A stretch of 64,000 nucleotides of DNA from Vermamoeba vermiformis (lineage: Eukaryota). The stretch lies in NCBI GenBank assembly GCA_045837725.1, contig JBEWZL010000043.1:62001-126000 (forward strand). The letters are read 5' to 3'. The position numbers were made by a program, and so were the translations under genes. The notes under the pieces were generated by a model that ran no database searches, was not told the origin of the DNA, and saw only the letters and a list, made by a program, of their open reading frames with translations. How positions within the stretch are numbered: the stretch's first letter is position 1; each line of letters starts with the position of its first letter. Shown here in pieces: positions 25,414 to 39,213 of the stretch.

Positions 25414-26997
25414 ATGTCAATTCGAATAGCGGAGTCTGATTTTCCTCCCCTTCCGCGAGAAGTCGAGGCGATAATATTTAGATATCTTTCATTACCAGAT
25501 ATTTACGTTTGTCAATTCGTATCGAAGCGCTGGTTGATAGTTGTTTGGGAGGCACTTCACGAGTTAGATCTGACCAAGAGTTTTAGTCCAGCGCTTGTTT
25601 ATCGAATAGTTCAGCGAGAATTGCCTCGTGCACCCAATGTAACATCAGTACGACTGCCCTACAACGTAGACTTCACTCATTTTATGAAGATCCGAAGGCT
25701 CCACATAACTTCATTGACGTACTCAAAGAACTTGCTTTATTTAACAAATTTAGAAAGCTTATCATTTGACACTGTATCCTCGCACGCGGAGATATTAGAA
25801 GATCACTTTTTGACCGGACTATTAGCGATGACAAATATCCGAGAGCTCGGCCTTGGTCTGGCGCTTGTAAGCAAAAATTTTTTTATTCTAACGCTAACAA
25901 TAGGACTAATATATTGACATTATAGTACAATCCGTTGGTTACTATGTTCACAAATTTGACAGCTGTCAATTTAATTAATCCTGGCTTGGTGTTCGACAAC
26001 GAAGGCTGGATGCAGTCATTGACCAAATTAAAAAAGTTAGTGCTGCTTTTCACGAACGAGAAGAAGAATTTTATTCCCGATTCAGCTGGTGCTCTGCGCT
26101 TCAAACCAATTTCTCATTTAACAACATTAGAGTACTTGCACCTCGAACGACCCGATATCAGTAAGTTTTAGCGACTTAATCACGTCGCTGTATTGTAGAG
26201 CATAATTAATAATGTGATTTTATGACAGATCCGGTCACCTGGGACGATTTGGATTGTTTGACGAATTTGCGCAAGTTGACTAGACTGCGCTACAATATGA
26301 ACAATACGGACATTCACAAGAGGTTCTCGTACTTGACACAGCTGAAGCAAGTTGACGTGTGCTGTCAATGCCCCGCGACGAGTCTGGCGAACTTTTCTTA
26401 CGCTGAAAAAGTGACTTTTCGAGGCATGAAGCTGTTTCAGGAAGGCACTCCGAATTTTCTGAATAGATTTACTAATTTGACAAAGTTGACGTTCTTACGG
26501 TAAGAATCGATAGTGTTAAATTAATAACGACATCCTTGTAACATATACGAATGTTAATGATGATTTTTTGATGCAGGTGTAATCTCTACAATGCAAATTT
26601 AAATGTGCTCGTAGAAGTCACATCGCTAAAAACGCTAAAATTGAAGAAAACAGACGTATTCTTGGCTACTATGGATAGATTCGATCTACTAACACAATTA
26701 GACGAGTTCGTATTGTTCCAGTGCTCGAACTTGTACACATCCACGCCGATCAGCAAAATGACGTTTTTGCGATCCCTAACAACGAACGTGCCCGAGTATA
26801 AACAAGAGACTATAAGCTTCTCGAACTTCACTAGGCTCCAATCGCTCTATTTGGAGTTCGATAGAGAGCCGAAGTTGCCTTACAGAAGAGTTCTGTCCAT
26901 CCGCTTGCAATGCCCGACAACTGTAGTGGAGCGAAGATTTGACCGAGAAGATTGGCGGCCTGGCACTGTTCGAAGAAATTCTAAGACATCGAAGTAA
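25414..26997 (+). CDS. F-box/LRR protein
   Basis: LPREVEAIIFRYLSLPDIYVCQFVSKRW followed by LTNLESL/LTKLKKL-type repeats; three introns. Confidence 0.85.
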
Positions 26998-27416
26998 CGC
27001 TACATCCAACAATGTTTGTCAATTTTATCTTACCCAAGCTCTGGTAGTGCAACTCAATAGCAACTATATGACCAGATGTGTCATATTAAGATTTCCACTC
27101 CAAAACTGTACTCATAGCATTAAAAGTCAAAAAATTTTGATCTGATCCGAAATTTTTGTTGATCTTATCTGCTTTAACTTCAGCTATCGGTACTTTCGAT
27201 ACTTAAAGGTAACATACAAGTAGTTGCCTCCTACCGACTAGTTGCCAGACTAGTTTTAAAATCGGACATCGCGAGCTAAACTGGATGGAACGAACTTTTT
27301 TCTTTTTTGATTTATTTTGGCTGAGTACCTCAGCAGTCGGATATTTGTATTATATGTTAATAGTATTTATTTTGTAATATTCAGCATTAGTTAAAGACAG
27401 AAAAGGCTTTGGCAAA

Positions 27417-30183
27417 ATGTTCTCGTTGTCATCTGCTTTATGGTAATTTTCAAAATATTAATTAAAGCATATTTAAGCATTATAATTATGTTCATACCTT
27501 GCTTAAGCGTTTAATTCGCAAGTTAAAATAAAGAAATAATTTTTAAAAATTATTATTTTAAAACAAGGAATTTGCTACGCTTAACTTAGCTTCTGTATTA
27601 AATTTACTTATAGGGACGACGATGAACCAGAGCAAATTGGCTCACCATTAAAATTGGGTTCTATCAAAATAGAGCAGGATCGGGTTGAAGAAAAACCGCG
27701 CGAAAGACCACCAGAAAAGCCTCAATTTTCTTTATCAACCTCATTGGACATAGATTTAGACGATGATGATAGTCCACCAATTCCACGAATTGATTTTTTC
27801 AGTTCACCAAAACCAGCTTCTGAAATCCGGAGATCGAATCCAAATCCACTCAAAATTAATTTAAATGAGAAAAAACGGAAGGCAGACCAATTAATAGCAA
27901 GCAATATCAATAGTATTACCGAAAAGAAGAGCTCTCAAATGTCAAATGTAAATAGCAAGACCACATCCACCACCGCCAACAAGAAGCAAAAACTCAGCTC
28001 TGGATCTACACCTCGAACTTCGCCTTCATTAATCCCGTCATCAAATAACAACAACATCAATCAGATTAACAATAGTAATAAGCCTAAGTCTAGTAGCCGA
28101 GGCGAAGATCTGCTACCGCCGAACAAGGTCACATTGTGGCATAATTTGGTCAATAGCTTTGCGCCAGAATTATCCGACTTGTTGCAAAGTGATTTGAAGA
28201 GCTCAGTCACGATTAGCATAAGGTAATTATATACGTGTTGATTGTTTGCGTATGTAGTATTAACATGTCAAAATGCAGATCCAACACGAGTAGAAAACCG
28301 GGATATTTTTTGAAGCAGGAAACAGATTTAATTACCAAATATAGAAATGATTACCCGTTCAGTGGCGCACTATTACATGCACTGTCTATCCTTATTGATA
28401 GAAGTTATGACCAAATTCGAAGTCGATGGTTTGAAGAGGTGAGCCAGATCCGCACTATTTCATTATTTTTTATTAATTAATTTTATTTTCATTTTGCAGA
28501 ATCGATTTAACTCATTATCGAATATTTCTTCGGTAGATAGCTCAATACTTAAGTTGCTTACTCAACTCGAACAATTTTTGCGAGATGAAGATACTGTTGA
28601 AAGCGGCTTAGGACCATTGGCCAAAGATTTATTAAAGGTACTTTAGTGATGTTATAATTTATTATATTAATAAGTTGATTATAGAAAATTCGAGACGGAC
28701 AATCGTTAAAAGTTGAAGATATGAATCTTGGAGCAAGTCAAAGAAGAATTGAAATTCTACGAACAAAAACGATTATATTCAGCTTTCAACGTCGATGTCG
28801 CAATTGAGTTATTATCCCATGATAATTGCAGCGTAAGGCTAACTCATAATGATCATTTTTGACATTTTTATCAATTTTATTGTACAGGTCGATAAAGGCG
28901 TGCTTAAGAGCAAAATTCCAACACCACATGTCGAAAGGACTGAAAAGCCTACGACAAAGTTAACAACGGTCCAAAACGGTGCAGTGATCAATAGATACGT
29001 GTGGGATGATATTGCTAAGGGCACTTTGCGGTATCCACTCAGATGCATTAATGAAGTTGATGACGAAAAGCCGCCTATTGTCGAGGTAACAAAATGCACC
29101 ATTGCAGCCAAACTCGGCGAAATTTCGCTTTAATTTTTTCACAGCATTAACTGATCCGTGCTTAAAATTGATGATTTTTTCTTCAAATTTGGCTAATACT
29201 TTATTCTCTATAGTTTGTTAATGAATGTCTCCCATGCGCTGATGACGATTTGAAAGCTAGCAATTCACTCGATTTTTTGACTGGTACGGATCTCGATCCT
29301 TTAACATTTAAGTCAATCTTGGTACTAATAAGGATATTACTAGGATGTACTTGTATGGTATGCCATGAAGAAACTTGTAACTGTGCAAATGAAATGCAGC
29401 ATCGTAAGTAGATCTGCTGATGATTCGGGAAAGAAAATTTTTATTAATTTTATTATTATACAGGAATTCCGTACGACGAAAATGGCTGTCTGGTTGATTG
29501 GCTGCCTGGCACAGCAATCTACGAGTGCAACAGCAAATGTCAGTGTGACGCGCTGTGTGTCAACCGAGTGCTGCAGAAAGGCGTGACGGTAGTAATGGAA
29601 GTTTATAAGACTAGGGAAAGAGGATGGGGCGCTCGTACTTTAGAACCAATTCCTCGTGGAAAATTCGTTTGCGAATACACTGGAGAGGTACGTCTGGATC
29701 TGATCGGGATCTAGATTTGGATCCACTTTTTTTTTGATTCACGAGAACTGACGGTCGTATACTTAGCATATTACTAATGAAGAGGCCGAGAGGAGAGGTG
29801 CATTATATGATAAAATTCAATGCAGTTATTTGCTCGACTTGGATGTGGAAGGCAAACAGACGAATGCGTTTACGATTGACGCAACGCATTACGGAACAGT
29901 TAGCAGATATTTCAATCATAGCTGCGATCCTAATTTAGTTATATACCCAGTACGTATATAATTCGTATTATAATGATGAACTTTAACCGAATTTTCTCAG
30001 GTCTGGGTTGACGATCTGGATCTTCGCAAACCACGCATTGGTTTGTACGCTAAACGAGACATTGCAATAGGAGAAGAGTTGACATTTGATTATCAATATG
30101 AAACGGAGCCTAAGAAAGGACAGACTAAGAATCATATCGTCTGCAGATGCGGTGCGAAAAACTGTCGTGGTATTTTGTACTAA
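27417..30183 (+). CDS. SUV39/Clr4-type histone H3K9 methyltransferase (pre-SET, SET, post-SET)
   Basis: Cys-rich pre-[57 protein letters not shown]. Confidence 0.9.
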
Positions 30184-30315
30184 AATTTACTGTAAATTTG
30201 TTCGTTTTTTTAATCAACAGCAAGCTTTTATCGGATTAATTGTGCTGCGAGTTTTATAGGTGATTAAATCGTCAAATTACTTTTGTTGTCGGATCTTTAT
30301 TTATTTGCATGAAGA

Positions 30316-33209
30316 TTAAATGCTAAAGTCATAGCATTCAACCCTTTTATCAGCAAAAGACGTAATCATGTACTTGTCGTGCAACATTGGAAATTGAAAG
30401 TAAGAGAAAGGCTTCCAAACTCTCTCCCATTGCCGAGTTTTTAAATCAATTTGTGCAATTTTTTTGTACGGAGTGCATTCAGCAAGCATCCGTTGATTTC
30501 TAATATCAATACTGATTCTATACGGGAATGTTGCTTCTTTGGCTAAGACTTGAAAGTTCTTTGGCTCCAGTTTCCGGATGTCGAAGAGAAGTAGTCCCTC
30601 GTTAGTACAACAACCCAAGAGAGTAAATTCGTCTATCATGCCTAGATTTGTCAAGTTAAAAGGCATTGTTTGAACAACCTGCATATCTTTGTCAAATATT
30701 CTAAGCGTTGGATAACGGGTCCCAAAGACCATCGATCTGTTAAACGGATTCACTTTCACGTCGGAAAATGATATTCCTTCAGCAGTTGTTGCAACAATGC
30801 ACTGCGCGTTTAGATCAACCACTGAAAGTACTGAATGATAAATAGTTCGTTAGTGGCTGTCGAAAAAAAACCGAAAGAATTTCTGAGAATTTGTCCTAAT
30901 TAATCAAGAATACGTACAACTTGAGACTAGCACTCTATCAGGGCCCAGTGCTTGAATTGCGGTATATCCAGCAAGATTTAAAGTTAACTTAGTCGGATTA
31001 GTGCCTGGTCTTCCATAATAAATCGCATTTTCTCTAGGCAAGTGCATTGCTACGAGTGGCGGAGATAACGGCGGAGATTCAACAATACAGTACGCAGCAT
31101 CAAAGTATTTCTGGGGATGCATGAATCGGAGTTGAAGTTTCTCCTGGGTGTGCATGTTCATGAAATGTAATGTTGAGTTTGTAGTCGCAGCAAAAATCCA
31201 GTTGTCATCGATGATCGTGTTCGTAATGTATTCTTCCGTGTGCAATAAAACTTTTTCTTTGAATTTGCCTTTGCGCCAATTGTGCTGGCACCTTGATCCA
31301 GAAAAAAATTATTTTGAAAATTCGGAAAATCACCGTCGCTACAATAATACTCACCATTCCTTATTAATAACGTATTGTTTGTAGTCTGTTCTTGGCAACG
31401 GGATATCTCCTTCAAACGAGATTTTTCCTTTCTCGGAGATCTGTTTCCAAAAAGCATTGTTATTGAAGCTTTTGAACCATTGGTGCATCTTCTTGGCGAC
31501 TAAAAAAAAACTCATAATCTCGCGCACGGTCAGATTTTCCATAATAATCTCTAGTATCTCCCGTGGGAGATTAGCAAACTCGAAGGTAGTTTTTGCATCT
31601 CGCAGAAAAAATTCCTTCGCAGCCTCGGTGCTATCTGATTATACTATTAGCAATCGCAAGAAATAATGACGATAATACGTACACTTATATTTGAACCGAT
31701 CAAGACTTTTGAACTTGAATCCGATCTGCAACATAAAAATGCCCAAACCTTTATCCGCTACCCCTGCAAATTTCTCCAATTGATCTTGCTTTCGCATTTT
31801 GTACAGATATTCTATTGCTTCTAACACCAAATCTAATAATAGAGTTATTAATGTACTGGATCTCGTTACAAATTCCGTACGATCATAAAATTTCTCCTTA
31901 TCTCTGCAAGTTGCATTTCTTATTAAGAAAGTGTTCAAAGCGCCATCTCTAAGTACATATATTAGGATTAATTGTCGATTATAAGATTATTTAGTGCACG
32001 TACATTTTGTAGATCTTCAAACGTTCTTCAACTGAAAGCATTGCCAGATGCTTATTAGTACAATAATCCATAATATTCTTGCCATCCGTTGATCTAACTA
32101 ATAAAATAAGGTCTATCAGTATTGCGCTTGTTGGACAAAATTTTGGATGTGGCTCGGTCATTAGATCCGTTACGTTTTCGACTTACATTCCGAGTGGTCC
32201 GTCATTCGAAATATCTTGAGACAAAAATACACTATTGGATTTCAAACAGTATATGGCTGGAGTTAGTCCTTCAGATCCAAGTGGAGCGTAAAACGGGCCC
32301 ATCATCTCAAGGAATAGTAGCATCGCTAGCTTGTCATTCCTGTTGACTTTTCGTGACATAATAATATGCCCTGCTAGAGAATGTCCTAATAAAAAACTAT
32401 TAGCCATTCGTACGCTTTAACGCCAGTACGCGTTGACCAAAGTTTGACCGAAAAAAAATAGTGTAGCCCGCGTAATTCACCTCAACGAACAATATCCTGC
32501 TATATTATATAAATACGATATGTAGGTGACTTTATATAATTTAAAATGAGCTCGTTACCTTCAGGACTCTCGATCTCGTAGTTGTCGTTCAGTCGCATCA
32601 AAGCCATGAACGCAGAGGGGTGTTCAATGGCCTCAAATGGCGTTAATAGTTTACTATATTGATCTCTAACGATATAGTAGAAGGGATGGAAGTCTTCTGA
32701 CGATTTTATCGGGATCCACGCTTTTGAATAGATAAAGTTTGGAGAACTTCTCGCAGCCCGCAGGCTCTTTCTATTTAATTTCTTTAAGCGGATAGTAGAG
32801 TTGCCTAAAATACTTCATTATTTAAAGATCAACATTGTAACTATCCCATACCTAAACATTTGCACCAGATCGACTTCGTTGCAATAATTTCGTTCGGCTT
32901 TTTACCATTGAGGCATTCTCTCCCTAAAATTAAGTAGCACGCTAATATATTCGCTGCCTCTTTGCTGCCGTGGTGTAGAGCCTGAATTTAATTTAAATTT
33001 AATTATAATTATTGGGAAAAATCTCATAAAATCATAATTAAATTATTATTTACCGTTTCTAGAGGCCATAGATCATCGCGCATACTCTCTCCAATCCAAT
33101 GCTTGTTTCGTGCAAGGGAGTTTTCATTGAGGAGACGGACCAATTGTTCGAAGTCATTAGTCCTCGCAGCACTGAATATGCTTTCAATAAATGTTAGTAT
33201 ATTGTTCAT
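30316..33209 (-). CDS. Large protein with helical N-region, F-box and C-terminal beta-propeller-like region
   Basis: FANLPREILEIIMENLTVREIMSFFLVAKKM (F-box), spliced in phase to the upstream exon. C-terminal LLLFDIRK/VECYDFS WD-like endings. Apparent frameshift near 31290; exon chain partly uncertain. Confidence 0.65.
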
Positions 33210-33488
33210 TGAGCTTCGCGGTTGACCATTCGTTTGCACAAACAAAAAAAGTGTATTGATTGGGACTGACATTTCACAACGCGTTGCCCCAAAGGGCCGT
33301 CTGCGCACTGCATACGAGCGCGTGTGCTTGTTCTCTTCTTGATTTTGCTGATTTCCTTTGGAGTGTGCAGGTCGAAGCTACGAACGGATCTGTTAAAAAA
33401 TCAATTAAGTTGTTACTACCGTAATTCCGTTACCATGCGCAACAAGGCAATTATTTATTGCATAATTTCACAAATGATCTCTTAGCTA

Positions 33489-35675
33489 TTAGTTGTTCTT
33501 AGCGAATTTGGGGTTGATACCAGTCAAAATTGAAGGGTTGAATAACACCGTGGCGGTCACCTCAGCAGCACTTTTCGACATCTCGTCCAATACTTGTGTG
33601 TTGATATTGTCAATAGTGTCGCAAGCTTTATGGTAGCAAGGCTGATGATATAATATGTTAGTTATTAGAAATCAAATGTGATGAAAAATTGAATGCGTTG
33701 ACACGATCCGGATCATCAACACTTGCAACTACTTACATCAAAGGGAACGTTAGCCACACCACCAAAGAGCTTTTTCTGCTGCAGAGTCTTTAAGACCCCA
33801 GCACCAGTTAACAAACCACCAGCAGGAATGCCGTTAGCAATGAAGGGAGCGTAGTCCGAACCACCGCTAAACGCGACCAACGCGGAGGTCAAGTCTTGGC
33901 TCTGGAAATAACCCTCGAACAGTTGTTGGATCAAAGTTGAGCCATGACGCACGTCCTCAGGTGCAGTAGTACCGTTGTGAATGCCACGCATGAAGTTAGG
34001 CGAGCCCAACATGTCAAAGTTGAGGTTGAGTGCAATCTGAGCGAACTGATCCGGGTGATTGTCCTTTCAAATTATTGACGTAGTAACTTTGAGCCAAGGA
34101 GACCGTGTTCTTCAGCTCCCCACCATGCCAATCGCAACTGTGCAGGTGAATCTTGCTTGAACATTTTAGTCTCGGCGACGATGCGCGCGAGAGCCAACAA
34201 AGTGGCAGCACCAGATCCGTTGTCATTGATACCAGGACCATTGCCAACTGAGTCCAAGTGAGCACCAACGACAACAACAGGCCCTGAAGAAGGACCAGAC
34301 AAAGGTTCGGCGAGAACGTTGAAAGTAGTCCAATCTGTCGCAAAAATCGTATCAGAAAACCAGAAACACAAAAAAAGGGCGGTGGGAATTCATCCAGAAC
34401 ACGAAAAGTCCGCGAAATGAGATGTTCGGTATTGTACAATAAATGACTTACGAGTAGTTAAACTACTAGCAGTGACGTGAAGAGTGACAGGTTGGGTCTC
34501 GTGCAAATCTTTCAACATCTTGCCAGCTCGGTCGGTGAGGAATAACACGGGGAAGGTAACGTTGTCCAAAGTCTCGGGATAATCATCGGGGCTCCTGCTG
34601 TTGTTGTTGTAAACCAACAAAGCACTAGTTTTGGCAGCCATTGCATAGGCCTGTCAGTGTCACGCAAAGTCAGTGCCTGCCACGTGCTACAAAGTATTAA
34701 ACAGTCGCGGACTTACGGTCTTTTGGCCGTAGCTGCATACACCTCGCAAAACGAGTGCAATGTTGCCTTCAGGGAAACTGGCCCAATCATCTGCATCGCA
34801 ACCAACGTTTTGGACTAACAAAAAAAAAATTGGCGTCAGATCCAAAGTATTACTACATTAGGAAAATGATTGAAACTAGCCGGCTCGTTTTCAAATTTCT
34901 AGATTCACCAACCAAATTGTCATTCAATCGGGTATTGCAGGATTGACTTACCGACAGAAATGTTAGCAATAACGTCACCAGATCCGGAGTAGAAGAAGTC
35001 ATAAAAGTCACTTTTGTAAGTGAAGTTGTACGTGATTTGGGGTCACTATAGCTAAAGTGGGCTTGGCAAGTGGCTTCCATGTCATGGCGTATTCGAAGTC
35101 TTGACGCTCGACCTTGAAGTAGCCGTAGCTGTTCAACGTGTCTATTACATATCGACCAGTTACATTGTAACCTAAAAATAGCATTTTTAATTAGAATCGA
35201 ATTCGGATCGCTTCGCAGTTCCAGCCGTTAATTCAACTTTACGCAAGAAGTTAACTTCTTAAATATTTACAATATTCTTACCTTCCCTTCCAGCCGCTCG
35301 AGAACCATTATTAGCGTCAGCAATATCTTGCAGTTTTTGCTTAATTCGGAAAATTAGATACGCCTAATAATAATTACATGAGTGTGAGCATACCAAAGTC
35401 GTCATAATTTCTTCGACATTCATGCGAGACGAGAACGTTTGGTTTAATCCGACAGATACAGCATTGGGCTCCGAATGTGGCCACATCGAGAAAGTAATGG
35501 CAGCACCAACCAAAGCACCAAGGAGTAAAATGCCCACAATTATTAAAATAAACATCCTGCCGCGAGAGCGCACTTGCTGCTATAAATAAAATAAAGATCA
35601 GGACAAATCTCGATCGGAATTGGTTAAACTTACTTGAGAGGCCAACAAGGGCCGATTTTCTTCGTCGCTGTGCAT
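33489..35675 (-). CDS. M28 aminopeptidase with PA domain and N-terminal membrane anchor
   Basis: GAHLDSV, GINDNGSG, WGAEE, NFDMLGSPN, SDYAPF, CYHKACD. PA insert with IALVLRGVCSY. TM near N-terminus. Two extra bases near 34065-34087. Confidence 0.9.
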
Positions 35676-36117
35676 TACTGTTAAGTGGTATGCTCAATAC
35701 GCGCAGGAAGCACTAAGGAGGTTTTGTCGGTTTCTTTCTTGTGCATTCTTTGCCTTTTCTGATTAGTGTCGATCTGTAGTTTGGCGCAAGAAAATCACCT
35801 AGAAATATCGTTTTTTGCTAACGCCCATGAGTTTGACGACGTAACTAAGTTAAACTAGATATCCAGAATCACTACTTACTCATTCGCATTCAGCTGTTAA
35901 CCGTTTTACTTCGTCCATTCTGTTTACCGTAATTCCTCGATTTAGCTCCTTAAACCAACAAAAACTTGTGGTGTTTATTTAGCCTATTTTTCATTACGAT
36001 AATATTTACCTGCCAGCAACGCCAATTTCGTTTTTTCGATTTTTCGTGTTGGCTTTGAAGCCTTAAAAAAAATCCGGATTAGTTAGCTATTTATCAAAAT
36101 ACTACCAACACAACAAT

Positions 36118-36474
36118 ATGGCCAATCTTCGAAGAACAACGTCCGTACCAAAATCTGAAACAGTGGTGCAGCTTGAACCTATGATCCAATCTCCTACGGC
36201 GGATCAGCTGATAGATGCGCCTTCAGAACAATTAAAAATGCATAAATGTAGCGAAGCAGGATGTCAATATGCAGCTACGTCCAAATGCAGTAATTGTGAA
36301 GCCAAGATCTGCGTTGAACATACGAATCTCTATCGGGTCCCCAAAGAGGGTGAAAGACATTATTGTCCTCGATGCTATAACGAAGCAAAAAGCGGAAGAT
36401 TACTTTTTGGAATTATAGGAGGTGCAACAGTGCTAGTTATAATTTTAGTATTTCTTTACGTTGCGAATAACTAA
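36118..36474 (+). CDS. Small Cys/His zinc-finger protein with C-terminal TM (tail-anchored)
   Basis: Intronless ORF with C-x4-C...CxxC...CxxH...CxxC followed by a hydrophobic C-terminal helix. Confidence 0.7.
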   Translation: MANLRRTTSVPKSETVVQLEPMIQSPTADQLIDAPSEQLKMHKCSEAGCQYAATSKCSNCEAKICVEHTNLYRVPKEGERHYCPRCYNEAKSGRLLFGIIGGATVLVIILVFLYVANN

Positions 36475-36625
36475 AATCATCGTGTAAAATAGAACAATAT
36501 TTCATAATATTTGTAGTAAATAATTAGAGTTTAGTTGTGCGTTACCTGTGAATTATTAAATTAAATAATCTTGTAATTCGGTCATTTGTTCATACGATTT
36601 TCATGAATTACCACAACTCCTGTAA

Positions 36626-37444
36626 ATGCTCGCTAAGTCGTGGAGCTTCGTGTTATTAATTTTGATATCTATTTGCTACGCTTAGCGTGTTGAAAAGCTG
36701 ATTTACGCCGATGCAGGATGTAACGGTCAGTTGGTTGCCATCTGGAATTACGAGACACTTGACGGTGTACGATCGCGTAAATATTGCTTAAAAATATTAG
36801 ATATAATTAATAATATTTTTTGCTCGTAGTGCTCTGTTGAACAATGCACGCAAATTGGGCAGACCGGATTCCACTCTAAAATCAATTGCCAAACCAATAA
36901 AACCGTCGCCCCGAATACCATGAACGAATATATCGAATATGATGCAGATTGTATGACACAAACGGCCGACAGAACAGCTGGTATGTCAGCACAAATATTT
37001 TTAACCCGATCTTGCTTATCTTTATTACTTACTGAATTGCCGATATTAATACTCATTATAGCTGTTCCGGATATGTGTATTGCAATAGATGCGACGATAA
37101 GCATTAAGTTTTCAACGTGCGATCTGACGGATTCACAATTTTCCTTTACGTACTGGAGTGACGTCAGTAATTGTTCTGACTCTAGCTTCGATGTATATAT
37201 TGCATTGCCTGTATGCGATTTTCGCAGTGGCAGATATGTTGGCGCGGTCTGTAATGTCTACGAAAGTACTCCATCCACAACCCCGTTCTCAGAACCGACT
37301 GGATCTGCTCCAAACAATTCACCATATCTTGCACCGGTTCATGTTACTCCTATTAAGTCATTGCCTACTCCATCTAAGACCAGCAATGCCATTGTGACCA
37401 TGATTAACTTCATGCTTCTGGGTTGCATCGTTTTCTTTCTGTAA
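36626..37444 (+). CDS. Cys-rich surface protein (signal peptide, S/T/P stalk, GPI-like tail) with in-frame TAG at codon 20
   Basis: MLAKSWSFVLLILISICYA*RVEKLIY...; two introns; hydrophobic C-terminus after PSKTSNA. Confidence 0.6.
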
Positions 37445-37751
37445 ATAATCGTGAATTTGTACATAAAGTTTCAAATATTGTAATAGTATACTGTATATTG
37501 CAATAGTAGAAGTAGTAATTCGCATTTCATTTGTTTACCACAGGACAACCGGGATTTCAATATTAGTAGAGTGCGTCGTCCTGCCATTGGGAGCCAATAG
37601 ATCCGAAAATGCCGTTAGTACTTGATCAAGGGATTGTATATGCGTAATTACGATGACATTTCACTCGCCAAGTGTTTGTCACACAAAGCAAATTATTGTC
37701 CGGACAATTTATTCTTATTTTTGAAGCAGTTACACTACAACGTCACCTAGT

Positions 37752-39114
37752 ATGTCAGATAAGCCCGCTGAAGATATTAAACTTACGCCACGAAGAGCGC
37801 AGTCCAACTTCGAGCCTGCTCTCAACCGAGCCCCATCTTCGAAGTCGTTGAAGAAGGATGCCGAAGACGCCGATAAAGACACTACGGAAAAGAAAATTAT
37901 GAGCGAGAAGAGGGCTATTAAATATGTACAGTCCAAAGAGAACTTGTTGAAGATCTTTAAACGCGAAGATGAGTTACTCCGAAGCCCAGAAAATCAGGAA
38001 GCATTTACAAATGCTGTAGATACCAACGCACAAGTGAATCTATTGTTGGATATTAAATTGAAGGCTATTAATGAATTTAACGTCGAAAAACCGACCCGAG
38101 TAAGTTTATTAGATCCAATTTTCTACGCCCAACGGGCAAAAAATTAATTAAATTTTATCTCATTTATTACTCGTTATATACGAGGCTTGTAATTATGCCA
38201 ATTTTTTCCAATGCAATTTCTACTAGCCGTTGTGACCTATTTTCGGACCGTATCTTTCGATTAATTAGGATACTATTAAATATTCTTTAAGAAAAGTAGA
38301 ATTTTAGTGTAATAACGATATATTCAAAGGTCGTTGAAGTTATGGTCAACGCTCGCGAAATCTTCAGAAAAGATCCAGATTTCGTTAAGCAGATCAAGGA
38401 CCACTGTATGTATTTGAAGTACGACAAGTTCAACCCCGAGGGCAAAGTGCTTACTGGCGATTTAATTCCTAAATGCACTTTTTACGAACTTGACGGCAGT
38501 TTCTCAACTTTATCGAGCATCGTACATCAAAAGCCACTCGTTTTATTTGCAGGTATGACTCGACCAATATCATTTATATGCGGTAGGCAATACAATAATT
38601 AATAATATTAACTTAGTCGTTCACTTTGAAACTAATTTATTTTTGTGTTACAGGATCGTACTCCTGTGCCACGCTTCGTTCGCACGTTATCGCTCAAAAT
38701 GCACTGTACAAAGACTTCTCTAAATCAGTAGACTTTGCTATGATTTATATTTCCGAAGCACACGCTAAGGATGAGTGGCCTTTGGGAACAAAATTCAGCT
38801 GGGATCAACCGAAAACAATCGAAGAACGCATTGCTGTCGCTAAGAAATTCCAAGAAGAGACTAAATATAAGATCCCTTTATACGTAGATACGATTGAAGG
38901 CAGCTTTGAAAAGTAAGTTCGCGAGCGGATTTGCTTTTCAAAAAGAAATGAATCTTAATACTGTTATTTATTTAGAGCATTTGAATGCTGGCCTGAGCGT
39001 TGGTGGTTAATTTACAAGAATAGAATTGCTATGCAAGGCATTTCTCAAACAGGAGATGCGGCTGATTACGAACAACTTGTTCTTTGGTTGAAAGTGTATA
39101 AAACTACTTTGTAA
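37752..39114 (+). CDS. Iodothyronine deiodinase-like thioredoxin-fold protein (Cys form)
   Basis: KPLVLFAGSYSC, IYISEAHAKDEW, QPKTIEERIAVA, YVDTIE...WPER; three introns. Confidence 0.85.
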
Positions 39115-39213
39115 TAGTATAAGATATCATTAATATGGTATTAAATTTGTTAAATAAATCCTTTTCGGCATAAAGACATTGACCATTTACTTTTCGAAGC
39201 ACATCTGCTCAGA

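Noticed and set aside
38665-39200. Selenoprotein with SECIS element
   Set aside because: The active-site codon is TGT, not TGA, and the 3' gap to the next gene is only about 100 nt with no evident SECIS.
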